A stretch of 64,000 nucleotides of DNA from Dehalococcoidia bacterium (GTDB lineage Bacteria > Chloroflexota > Dehalococcoidia > Plut-88900), in NCBI GenBank assembly GCA_965249275.1, contig CBDFLQ010000006.1, forward strand, positions 480,001-544,000, given 5' to 3'. Positions 1 to 9,091 of the stretch are shown one piece after another. Numbering within the stretch: position 1 is the first letter of the stretch; each line of letters begins with the position of its first letter. The notes under the pieces are model-generated. The model was not told the DNA's origin, searched no databases, and saw only the letters and a program-made list of their open reading frames with translations. A program made the position numbers and the translations under genes.

Positions 1-129
1 AGGGTTAAGCAGGACGACTTGGAACGCCGAGGCCTATGGCGTCTGGTTGAGGAAATCTCGCCCTTCCAGAGCCTCCCCTACGGCGAACCCGACGTCTCAC
101 ACAAAGCCTACGTGTACAAAGTCCTCTAA
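1..129 (+). CDS. C-terminal fragment of a CDS running in from the left edge, probably a class I SAM-dependent methyltransferase
   Basis: Frame 1 reads RVKQDDLERRGLWRLVEEISPFQSLPYGEPDVSHKAYVYKVL then TAA at 127-129; resembles the C-terminus of small bacterial methyltransferases; only 42 aa visible. Confidence 0.45.
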   Translation, partial: RVKQDDLERRGLWRLVEEISPFQSLPYGEPDVSHKAYVYKVL

Positions 130-140
130 GGAGCCGACCC

Positions 141-1133
141 TCAGCCCCCGAACACCGCCTCCGCAAAGCTCTCCATGATCGCCTCTATCGAGGGGTAAGG
201 TCCTCCCGCCCCTGGCAGTGTGATCACCACTTCTCCAATCTCCGGCATCTCTACAAGCGCGGCGACCTTCTCCCTTACCTCCTGAGCATCCCCCGCCACG
301 GTAAACCTGTCGATGAACGGATCGAGCCCCGGGACCGGCTCCGTATCTCCTCCACTCAGGCTTGCAAGGTTGTAGTCCCTCTTGAACACCTCGATTGCTT
401 GGCGGTCTTCTTCGCTGTACCGGCTAGTGTCCACCATTTTCAACATCGTCAGCACCCGACCCTGCACGTGCGCCCTTGCCACAGCTCGGTCCTCCGCCAA
501 CGACGTGATTACCCACGCCGCCTTCTCCACTTCTCCCGGGTTTCTCCCCACCTCCGACTCCCCCTCTTTAACTAGCTCCAATCCTTCCCTGACCTGAGAC
601 GGCACGGCCCCGTAATGGAGCAGCACACCGTCCGCCACCCGACCCGCTGACCTGGTAATCCTCGGCCCCGACACCGCAAAATAGATCGGTATCCCCGTGG
701 GTTCCTCTAGGTACGCAATCCCTCCCCTCACCCCCCGCCCGAACTCCACATCCTCCCCCGACAGCAGGCCCCTGACTTTCTCTACGTATCCCTCCAATGA
801 CGCGATCGTCGACCTCTTCGCCCCGATACTATTCACCAACGTGTTACCTACACTCATCCCTAGTATCAACCGACCCGGAGCAATGTCGTGCAATGTGGCA
901 AATGCCCCTGCCGTCACGCTCGCATGCCTTGTCCGCGGCGCCGTAACCCCTGCCGCCAGCTTGATCCGGGACGTGGCCAGGGCACATGCCGTCAACGTCA
1001 CGTACAACTCCCGGCAGTTCAGCTGCGAGTCGATCATCCAAACGCTCTCGTAGCCCAAATCCTCGGCCATCTTCACCTGCTCCACCACCCGAGGCAGTGG
1101 CTGGTTGCTCACAATCCCGACGCCGTATTTCAT
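141..1133 (-). CDS. LLM-class flavin/F420-dependent oxidoreductase (Mer-like)
   Basis: AEDLGYESVWMIDSQ, ALATSRIKL, PGRLILG, IPIYFAVSGPR..AGRVADGV motifs of the luciferase-like monooxygenase/Mer fold. Confidence 0.9.
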   Translation of the reverse strand: MKYGVGIVSNQPLPRVVEQVKMAEDLGYESVWMIDSQLNCRELYVTLTACALATSRIKLAAGVTAPRTRHASVTAGAFATLHDIAPGRLILGMSVGNTLVNSIGAKRSTIASLEGYVEKVRGLLSGEDVEFGRGVRGGIAYLEEPTGIPIYFAVSGPRITRSAGRVADGVLLHYGAVPSQVREGLELVKEGESEVGRNPGEVEKAAWVITSLAEDRAVARAHVQGRVLTMLKMVDTSRYSEEDRQAIEVFKRDYNLASLSGGDTEPVPGLDPFIDRFTVAGDAQEVREKVAALVEMPEIGEVVITLPGAGGPYPSIEAIMESFAEAVFGG

Positions 1134-1247
1134 GAATTTCCTCTACCTAATAGATGGGGTTTTGAACGTCGTCCTCGCGGACATATACGGCATGATTATA
1201 GAGGTTAGGAAAAAGAAAGGAGCGAGACTTGGTGGCCTGCCCCGGCC

Positions 1248-2360
1248 CTACATGTCCCGGTAGACGGCTAACCCTTCGGCCAGCTTGTCGGAGCGCTCCA
1301 ACCCGACATACCTTGCGTTCTGCAGATACGTCCTCACGAAATCACCCAGAAGACTCCCGACTCTCTTCATTCCCGTCCGCACACCTTCCACCCCGTGGCC
1401 CATGATCACGCCCAGGGACTCGGGCAGCACCGGGTCTTTCAGGTCCCTCACCATCTGCGCCTCCGCGATGTCAAGCACCCGCTGGAACACCCTCTCCTTA
1501 CCGGGCTGCTGGGAGTAGGAGTATTTGATATGCGCCAAGCCGTAAGTCAAGTGTCTCGCATTGTCCTGCAGGCACCGTGCGAAGATGGCCTTCTCCGCCG
1601 GGTTGTGGGCGTACATCTCACCGTACCGGTAAAGGGTCTGGGTAAATGCGCCTCGCATTACGTGCAGGAACAAGCTCGTCGAAGTCCAGTCATTGTTGCT
1701 CTGCAGTATGACTCTGTCGACTTCCCCCCGGCTCTCGAGACCCAGGCCTCCCCCGTTGCTCAAAGCCCTCTTCCGGAATACGTCAAAGTGCCGTGCCGCG
1801 TCGAACACCTCAGAGGCCAGGAAGACTTTCACTTCGTGGTAGCCATACGACATTTGCTGGATCCACCCTGCCACAACCTCGTACTCCACGTTGGCCTGTT
1901 GACACAGCTCCGTACAGAGCTGGCACATAGCCCTTTCCACATCGTCAGGTAGCGGCTCTATGGTGTTCCACGGGATGTCGGTCGCCGGGACCCAGCGCTT
2001 CTGGATCGCCTCCTCGTACAGGTCGGCAGCGTTGTCGGCCCACAGTTCGCGCTTATGCCGCAGGGTGATGTTTGCTACGAAAGGGCGTTCCACCCCGGGG
2101 TGCGCACCGCGAAGGGCCCGCGTCCTGTCCTCGTGGTACTCAGGGATTTGGCCGTAGATCCCAACATTCAGGGACCCGAGAGTCAGCCCCTTCTTACCCG
2201 GCTTGACCCTGATCCCCCACTCGAGATTCTCCTGCATCCAGTCCAGCGACAGGTCAGGGGCAGCAGTTTCTTCCTCTTCGACTATCTCCTGGAGGATGCG
2301 TTGGTGCTTCCTGACACCCCCCGGCTGCTGGGGCTCGGATTTCTCGTCATTTGTTGGCAT
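1248..2360 (-). CDS. Ferritin-like protein, degenerate di-iron site (putative non-catalytic beta subunit)
   Basis: Paralog of the upstream gene (LYEEAIQKRWxxATDIPWxTIEPLPDDxERA, RHxDVFRKRAL); ExxH motifs altered to DAARH and DNARH; start reassigned to ATG 2360 with GAAGG RBS. Confidence 0.8.
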   Translation of the reverse strand: MPTNDEKSEPQQPGGVRKHQRILQEIVEEEETAAPDLSLDWMQENLEWGIRVKPGKKGLTLGSLNVGIYGQIPEYHEDRTRALRGAHPGVERPFVANITLRHKRELWADNAADLYEEAIQKRWVPATDIPWNTIEPLPDDVERAMCQLCTELCQQANVEYEVVAGWIQQMSYGYHEVKVFLASEVFDAARHFDVFRKRALSNGGGLGLESRGEVDRVILQSNNDWTSTSLFLHVMRGAFTQTLYRYGEMYAHNPAEKAIFARCLQDNARHLTYGLAHIKYSYSQQPGKERVFQRVLDIAEAQMVRDLKDPVLPESLGVIMGHGVEGVRTGMKRVGSLLGDFVRTYLQNARYVGLERSDKLAEGLAVYRDM

Positions 2361-2450
2361 ATATGCCTTCTCTGGAACGGGCTGCAGACCCGGATACATC
2401 GGCCAACTGCCGGCGTACGAACGCAATTGCGGCCTTAGGACCGAGGGCTA

Positions 2451-3545
2451 TCAGTTGCGAAGCAGTTTCAGTACCTCGGGGTGCGCCCGACCATTGGTGA
2501 AACGCTCCTCGAACCCGGCCGACTTAACCCTCTGCACCCACTCCCGCATCTGCCTACGGTTGATCGCCATAAGCAGCCGCCATCCCTCGTCCACCTTGTC
2601 CTTGCCACCGCCAAGCAAAACCGCCATCGACGCCGTGCTTGCCCTGTCCGTCCCTGCAGACCCAACCGCCGACCCCTCGAACAAGTACTCTTCTCCCTCG
2701 TCCAGGTACGTCTGCATCTCTTCTCGGCGCTCCGGCTCCGTCTGCCCTATGTAGCGCATGTGCATGATGCCGAAGGCCACGTGCCGAGACTCGTCCTGTG
2801 CTGCGAGCCGGTACATCCGCTTCTCGGCTTCGTTCTTCGCCAGCAACTCCCCAGTGCGGAAAATCGTCAACACCGGGGACTCCCCGATTACGTGAACGCG
2901 GGCCGACATCTCCGAGAAGTCCCTCGCCATGTCGATGCTGACCACGCCGCCGCCCATCGTGTCGTCCGAGGCTCGCATTAGGCCCCCGCCGTTTACCAGG
3001 GCTCGCTTGCGGAACACGTCCAGGTGCCGTGCCTCATCCATCATCTGCGTCATCAGGAACATCCGGGTCTCCAGGTAGTCGGGGCTGATGCTCGCAACCC
3101 ACCGACCAGGAATATCCGCAGCAACAAACTCAATCTCGCTCAGGAAGGTCGTGAACTGACACGCTGCCCGTTCGATATCGTCAGGCAGGGGCTCAATCGT
3201 CTCCCAGGGTATGTCTGTCGCCGAACTCCACTGCCGCTGAAGCGCCTCCTCGTACAGGCCACCGGCGTTCTTCAGCCAAACGTCCTGCTTGGAGTTCACG
3301 TAGTAAGCGCCGCTCCTATAGTTCCAGTCCCTCGCCGCCGACCCCCTCTGCCGCCCGGACCGGATGGAGCTGTTCTCCGGGGCGTCTCCGTAGGAGTCCA
3401 TTTGGATGTCTTCCAGGGTCAACCCGCGCTTGCCGGGCGTGGCCGTCATGCCCCACTGTCCCTTATCCTCCATCCAGCCCAATTGGGGTTCGTAGTTCTC
3501 GTCGTAAATTACGCCCGGACCCGCGGAAATGGTGGTGTTCGGCAT
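2451..3545 (-). CDS. Ferritin-like di-iron carboxylate protein (putative catalytic alpha subunit)
   Basis: E (SEIEF)...DEARH...E (IGES)...DESRH canonical di-iron ligand set. Confidence 0.85.
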   Translation of the reverse strand: MPNTTISAGPGVIYDENYEPQLGWMEDKGQWGMTATPGKRGLTLEDIQMDSYGDAPENSSIRSGRQRGSAARDWNYRSGAYYVNSKQDVWLKNAGGLYEEALQRQWSSATDIPWETIEPLPDDIERAACQFTTFLSEIEFVAADIPGRWVASISPDYLETRMFLMTQMMDEARHLDVFRKRALVNGGGLMRASDDTMGGGVVSIDMARDFSEMSARVHVIGESPVLTIFRTGELLAKNEAEKRMYRLAAQDESRHVAFGIMHMRYIGQTEPERREEMQTYLDEGEEYLFEGSAVGSAGTDRASTASMAVLLGGGKDKVDEGWRLLMAINRRQMREWVQRVKSAGFEERFTNGRAHPEVLKLLRN

Positions 3546-3738
3546 GTCGATTCCCCCTGAGAGCCGCTATCCAAGACCTATATACCACGCTCAATATAAT
3601 TCCCCATCCGAGCCCGTGTCAAACCGGATCGAATTTGTAGTAAGCGCAATACCCCACGCATGGTACAATCCAGCCCTTCATACTGAACACCCCGCGGCCC
3701 ATTCCAGACTCGGATAACCTAGCAGAGGAATTTGCGAC

Positions 3739-6564
3739 ATGACTACCACAGCTCCCATTTCTCTCAACGTCAACGGCTTGACTCACACCGTTGAAGCATC
3801 GCCTGACAGCACCCTTTTGGAAGTCCTGAGAAATGACCTTGACTTAATCGGGGCAAAGCAGGCCTGTGACGTTGGTGAATGTGGTAGTTGCATAGTCATG
3901 TTCGGCGGCAAGGGCGTCATGTCATGCCTCCTCCCAGCCCGACGCGCCCAAACCAAGCCCATAGTCACAATCGAGGGCCTCGCCGACTGGCACTCCCAAT
4001 CTAAAGAGGCTCCAGCCCCAGAAAGTTCCGACCTCCACCCGCTCCAACAGGCTTTCATAGACTTGGGCGCCTCACAGTGTGGCTACTGCATACCGGGAAT
4101 CATCATGGAAGCCTCGGCCCTCCTGGCCAAGAATTCCAACCCCACCCGAGACGACGTAGTCAAACGTTTGTCCCGTAACATCTGCCGCTGCACCGGCTAC
4201 GTTAAAGTGGTCGAGGCAGTCCTAGGTGCGGCAGAGGCCATTCGTAGCGGCACGCTTACCTTGAAGGAAGCATCCAATGGTGGACCGACGGTAGGAGCTA
4301 GCATAACCCGGGTCGACGATAGGGAAAAAGTGACTGGCGAGGCCCGCTATGCCGCCGACCTCAAGATGACTGGCGTCCTTCACGCCAAGGTCCTTCGCAG
4401 CAAGGTCCACCACGCCCGTATCATCTCTATCGACACCAGTGCCGCCGAAGCCGTCCCCGGTATTGAAGCCGTCGTCACTGCCAAGGACATCCCCGGCTCA
4501 CCCGAAATGCCCAACGCCAAACCCCAGCGCTTCCTCTTCCCCTCGGACAAGATTCGGTTTATGGGTGAAGCCCTCGCCGCGGTCGCAGCGGAATCGGAAG
4601 AAGCTGCAGAAGAGGCTCTATCCAAGATAGTCGTTGAATATGAAGAACTCCCTCCGGTCCTCGACTTCCGCAAAGCAGATGACCCCGAAGCTCCCCTGAT
4701 CAATCCCCCCGAGCCGAATACGGTTATTTCCAGGAGAGTCATCTCAGGCGATGCCAAGGCAGCTATGGAAAAAGCCGACGTTGTGGTCAGGAACACCTTT
4801 TCCACCCCCCGCTGGGAGCACTTCTACATGGAACCCGAGGCGGGCCTTGGTTATATCGACGATGACGGTCGTATCTTCCTGAACTTCCCTTCCCATGAAC
4901 CCTTCGAGGGTCACGACTTCGTAGCTAGTATGCTCAACCTCGACCGCGACCGCGTCAGAATATTCTGCCCGACAATGGGTGGAAACTTCGGTGGTCGGGA
5001 AGACTACATGCTGGTAGGTGTATTGGCCTTGCTGGTACACAAGACCCGAAAGCCTGTGAGGCTGGTCTTCACCAGGGAGGAATCTCTGCTGGGCTCCTCC
5101 AAGTGGTTCGGCTTTTATGTTGACTGCACCACCGGCGCAACCAAGGATGGAAAACTCGTTGCTATCGACTCCCATGTGCTGGTAGACGGTGGAAATTGGA
5201 GCCACGAGCCGGGTCAGGAGATTAACGACTGTGTGGGCCGAAACGTCTACTTCCTCACCGGTCCTTACCTCGTCCCCGAAGTCCGCATCGAGACCAGCGA
5301 GGCATGCACCAATAGCGGCCGTGCTATACCCATCAGGGGTATAACCAGCATTAACGCCGCCCTCGTCCACGAAAGCCAGATGGACATCCTCGCCGAAAAG
5401 CTGGGCATGGACAAGCTGGACATCAGGATCAAGAACGCCCTCCAGGTCGGCGACACCCTCCACACTGGAATGTTACTTGAGGAGAGCGTGGAGGTTAAGG
5501 CGACCCTGGAACAGTCCAAAGGCCCCTATGCTGAGGCCCGCGCCCGAGCCCAGGCCTCCCCACCCCCCGCTCCGTGGCAGAGAGGCGTGGGCATTGGGAC
5601 CGGTTGGAGAGCTGTAGGCGTCGGCGGCACATATTCCGCCGCCGCCGATTTGTTGGAATCGGGGAAGGTGCAAGTGTTGGTGGGAGCAGTCGAGAAGGGC
5701 CAGGGGAGCAGGACCGCCATGGCGCAGATCGCCGCGCAAGAGCTCGGCTTGCCTCTCGACGCCATTGAAGTGGTCATGGGCGACACCATTGCCGCTCCCT
5801 ACCATCACATAACCGCTTCCCAGGGTACTATCACTCTCGTAGGCGGCGCAGTCCAACAGGCCTCGAAAGCACTGAAGAAGGCGCTTTTAGAAGTCGCTTC
5901 CGAGGTCCTTGAAGACACCCCCGAGAACATCAAGTGTTCCGGCGGACGTGTCTCCTCCACCCGGGCCCCGGGAGAGCAACTCTCCTTCCAGGAGCTCGCC
6001 CGACACCTCGAGACCAAAGGCCTCCCCACCAAGTACGAAGGCTCGTTCGCCTTTAAGTTTGCCAAGACCTACAGCGAAAAGTCCGGCCTGCAGGCCTTCG
6101 ACCCGGTAAACGGCCAAGGGTCCAACTGCGACATCTTTGCATACGCCACCTGTCTCGCCGAGCTGGACGTCAACACGGAAACCGGCCAGGTCAAGGTCAA
6201 CCGCGTTACCTACGTCGCCGACTCCGGCAAGATCATCCATCCCCTCAGCTTCGAAGGACAGTGTCAGGGAGGCGTTGTCTACGGTCTGGGTCTGGCCTTG
6301 AGCGAAGAATACATCCCCGGAGAGACCCGTACCATCAAGGACTACGGCCTTACCTCCATCCGTGAGGCGCCCGTAGAAATTGATGTCATCACCGTCGAAG
6401 GAAGCTATTCCCAAGGGCCCTTCGGGGCCAAGGGTGGCGGCGAAATGAGCGACGTTCCCATCGTCGGGGCCATCATCAACGGCATCGCCGACGCCACCGG
6501 CGCCCGAGTCTACGATCTCCCCGCCACCCCCGAAAGAGTCCTGGAGGCCTTGGCCCGAGGCTAG
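3739..6564 (+). CDS. Xanthine oxidase-family molybdopterin oxidoreductase with fused N-terminal 2x[2Fe-2S] domains (aldehyde oxidoreductase Mop-like architecture)
   Basis: CDVGECGSC, QCGYCIPG and CRCTGY Fe-S motifs; GGNFGGR, GQGSRT, GAKGGGE Moco motifs; 941 aa, no FAD domain. Confidence 0.93.
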   Translation: MTTTAPISLNVNGLTHTVEASPDSTLLEVLRNDLDLIGAKQACDVGECGSCIVMFGGKGVMSCLLPARRAQTKPIVTIEGLADWHSQSKEAPAPESSDLHPLQQAFIDLGASQCGYCIPGIIMEASALLAKNSNPTRDDVVKRLSRNICRCTGYVKVVEAVLGAAEAIRSGTLTLKEASNGGPTVGASITRVDDREKVTGEARYAADLKMTGVLHAKVLRSKVHHARIISIDTSAAEAVPGIEAVVTAKDIPGSPEMPNAKPQRFLFPSDKIRFMGEALAAVAAESEEAAEEALSKIVVEYEELPPVLDFRKADDPEAPLINPPEPNTVISRRVISGDAKAAMEKADVVVRNTFSTPRWEHFYMEPEAGLGYIDDDGRIFLNFPSHEPFEGHDFVASMLNLDRDRVRIFCPTMGGNFGGREDYMLVGVLALLVHKTRKPVRLVFTREESLLGSSKWFGFYVDCTTGATKDGKLVAIDSHVLVDGGNWSHEPGQEINDCVGRNVYFLTGPYLVPEVRIETSEACTNSGRAIPIRGITSINAALVHESQMDILAEKLGMDKLDIRIKNALQVGDTLHTGMLLEESVEVKATLEQSKGPYAEARARAQASPPPAPWQRGVGIGTGWRAVGVGGTYSAAADLLESGKVQVLVGAVEKGQGSRTAMAQIAAQELGLPLDAIEVVMGDTIAAPYHHITASQGTITLVGGAVQQASKALKKALLEVASEVLEDTPENIKCSGGRVSSTRAPGEQLSFQELARHLETKGLPTKYEGSFAFKFAKTYSEKSGLQAFDPVNGQGSNCDIFAYATCLAELDVNTETGQVKVNRVTYVADSGKIIHPLSFEGQCQGGVVYGLGLALSEEYIPGETRTIKDYGLTSIREAPVEIDVITVEGSYSQGPFGAKGGGEMSDVPIVGAIINGIADATGARVYDLPATPERVLEALARG

Positions 6565-6586
6565 GCCTCACCCTCTCGGTAAAATA

Positions 6587-7825
6587 GTGAGAACCCTTCT
6601 GGCGATCCGGGACAAGCGGGCCTACGGCTGGGCCGTCCTGGTATCCTTCACTATCAACTACGCCTTAGTCGTAGTTGTCTTCATGACCTTGGGCCTGCTT
6701 CTCCCGGATATCAGGGAAGACCTGGGCATTGACGTCCGGGGAGCCGGCTGGCTCGCCTCGTCTCTCCTAATCGCCAACCTCTTCCTCGAAATACCTCTGA
6801 ACTGGGTGTTGTCCAAGTTCCGGCCCTGGAGGGTGGCCACCATCGCCTTCCTTGGCACGCTGGCTATGGTCTTCCTTCATTCCTTCTCCCCTACCTTCAC
6901 CATCTTGGTTATCGCCAGGGTGGGCCTGGGAGTCTTCTACCTCTCAACCCAACCACCCAGGACTCTTCTAATCCTCATGTGGCTCCCCAAGAAGAGCGTA
7001 GGGCTCGCCAACGGTATGCTTTTTGGCATAATGGCCCTCTTCGAGGGAGCCGGCTTCATCCTGATCCCACAAATCAATGACTGGACGGGCGGCTGGCGAG
7101 AGACCCTCTTCGTGTGGGCCATCCTATGTGCCGCCGGGACCCTCGTCTGGACTATAGTTGGGGTCGACCGCAAGTCCTTGCAGCTTGAGCCCGGCCCCGA
7201 TCCCCCTCCCCAGTACGTCAATCCTCTCCGCTCTCTCCTGAAGTACAAGGAACCTTGGTTCCTGGGCCTCGGCCTTTCCGCAGGCATCGCAGGCAGGTTG
7301 GCCTTCGACACTTGGTGGCCTACCTTCGCCGAAAACACCTATGGCATCGAAAAAACGGCAGCAGGTCAGGTTCTTGCTGTGATCTCAGTTTCCGGGTTTC
7401 CTTCTTCCCTGGGCCTGTCCGCAATACCCTATCTTGTACGCAAGCCTGCACTAGCCTTGATCGCCGCAGGTATGATGCTTGCAGGCAGCTACATAGCCAT
7501 GCTCTTCACTGGGTCGCTTCTTTACCTGTTCCTCCTGGCCTTGATAAACGGCTTCGCTTTTGGATTTTTCCCCCTGATGATGGCATCCTTCTACAACTTG
7601 CGCGGCATCCAACCGAGAGACCTGGCCGTTGTCGTGGCCCTCGTCTACACCATTATGTGGGGTGGCGCCGCCATCGGACCCGTCCTCTCAGGTTTCATTG
7701 CCGGCAACGACGAAAACCTGCGGCAGGGTATCTTGGTGTTATGCTTTGGACCGCTCGGCATATCCCTATCCGGCCTGTGGCTACTGCTTCGCCGCCCCCC
7801 CGAGGGCCCTGCCTTAACCTCTTAA
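6587..7825 (+). CDS. MFS transporter
   Basis: About 12 hydrophobic segments; paralog of 7847-9091 and 12198-13430. Confidence 0.85.
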   Translation: MRTLLAIRDKRAYGWAVLVSFTINYALVVVVFMTLGLLLPDIREDLGIDVRGAGWLASSLLIANLFLEIPLNWVLSKFRPWRVATIAFLGTLAMVFLHSFSPTFTILVIARVGLGVFYLSTQPPRTLLILMWLPKKSVGLANGMLFGIMALFEGAGFILIPQINDWTGGWRETLFVWAILCAAGTLVWTIVGVDRKSLQLEPGPDPPPQYVNPLRSLLKYKEPWFLGLGLSAGIAGRLAFDTWWPTFAENTYGIEKTAAGQVLAVISVSGFPSSLGLSAIPYLVRKPALALIAAGMMLAGSYIAMLFTGSLLYLFLLALINGFAFGFFPLMMASFYNLRGIQPRDLAVVVALVYTIMWGGAAIGPVLSGFIAGNDENLRQGILVLCFGPLGISLSGLWLLLRRPPEGPALTS

Positions 7826-7846
7826 GATGGACACCGCCTAAAGCTA

Positions 7847-9091
7847 ATGGCCACCCAGCCCGAATACATAGGCCCTTACCGATGGGTCATAGTAACCTCG
7901 GTAACCACACTTACTGGTGCCCATCTGGTAGTCATCTACATTATTGGCCTGCTCCTGCCGGACATGATCAAGGATTTGGACCTGTCCCCTACAGAGCAGG
8001 GATGGGTCGGTTCCTCCGTCCTGTTGGCAAACCTCGTCATGGCCATCCCTCTAAACACGCTGCTGTCCAGATTCAAGCCCTGGAGGGTCATCGCCATAAT
8101 GTCCGTGGCAGTTGCCGGGTTCGGCTTCCTCCAGGGCTGGTCCCCTGTCTTGGCTGCGTTAATCATAGGGAGGGTGGGAGTCGGACTTGGCTTCGCAGCT
8201 ACCATGGCGCCCCGAGCCATGATGCTTCAGCAGTGGTCCACCCAGCGCCGCATAGCTCTTACCAACGGCGCATGGGTATCCGGTGTCGACGTTTTGATGG
8301 GCGTCGGATTCCTGGTCACTCCTTTTGTGCTGGACTGGGTTGGTAGCTGGCAGGGCGTCTACTACTTCTGGGGTTTTGTCAGTCTCGGCCTGGCCGGCCT
8401 CTGGCTCGTTTTCGGCAAGGAGAGGCCCACCGGCGAATACCGAGACAGGATGGCTACCCAGCAGGGCAGCCCACTCACCGTCTTTCGAAAATATCCCGAG
8501 CTCTGGATTGTCGGCCTCGGAATGTTCGGCGGCATGACCGCCAACACCGGTTTTCAGACGTTCTGGCCTCGCCTGGCGGAAGAGCAGCTCAGCATCGACC
8601 CGAAGATCGTAGCCCTCACCCTTGCTTTCCAGGCCTTTGCCACTGCACCCCTTGGATTCCTCGTCAACGCCGTCCCTCGTTTCGTCGGCAAGCAGCCCCT
8701 GATACTAGCCTTTGGCGGACTTGCCGTCACCGCTTCCTACATCAGCCTCCTGTACGTCACAGACACGCGGGTTGTTCTCCTTCTGGGTATTGGGGAGGGA
8801 ATATCCCGGGTCTATTTCCCCGTCCTGATGACCATGGTGTTCCAGCTCCCGGGAGTCAAACCCCGAGAAGCTGGTGTCGGACTCACTTTCATAGAGACTT
8901 GTATTTGGGGTGGCGGTGCGCTCGGGCCCCTTGTTGTAGGCTTCGTGGAGGAAGCCACCGGTGACCTGAGGACGGCTATTTTGGTCATCTGTTTCGCACC
9001 CCTGGTCCTGATACCCGTTGCGGGATTATTGGCGCTTCGCAGGTGGGACCCCTTCGCAAACCTTGCCCCGGGTCGTGCGCCTGGCTCTTAG
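7847..9091 (+). CDS. MFS transporter
   Basis: YRWVI N-terminus, LLLPDMIKDLDLSPTEQGW, about 12 TM segments. Confidence 0.88.
   Translation: MATQPEYIGPYRWVIVTSVTTLTGAHLVVIYIIGLLLPDMIKDLDLSPTEQGWVGSSVLLANLVMAIPLNTLLSRFKPWRVIAIMSVAVAGFGFLQGWSPVLAALIIGRVGVGLGFAATMAPRAMMLQQWSTQRRIALTNGAWVSGVDVLMGVGFLVTPFVLDWVGSWQGVYYFWGFVSLGLAGLWLVFGKERPTGEYRDRMATQQGSPLTVFRKYPELWIVGLGMFGGMTANTGFQTFWPRLAEEQLSIDPKIVALTLAFQAFATAPLGFLVNAVPRFVGKQPLILAFGGLAVTASYISLLYVTDTRVVLLLGIGEGISRVYFPVLMTMVFQLPGVKPREAGVGLTFIETCIWGGGALGPLVVGFVEEATGDLRTAILVICFAPLVLIPVAGLLALRRWDPFANLAPGRAPGS

Noticed and set aside
3739-6564. Aerobic CO dehydrogenase coxL call
   Set aside because: No AYxCSFR or AYxGAGR loop and no coxM
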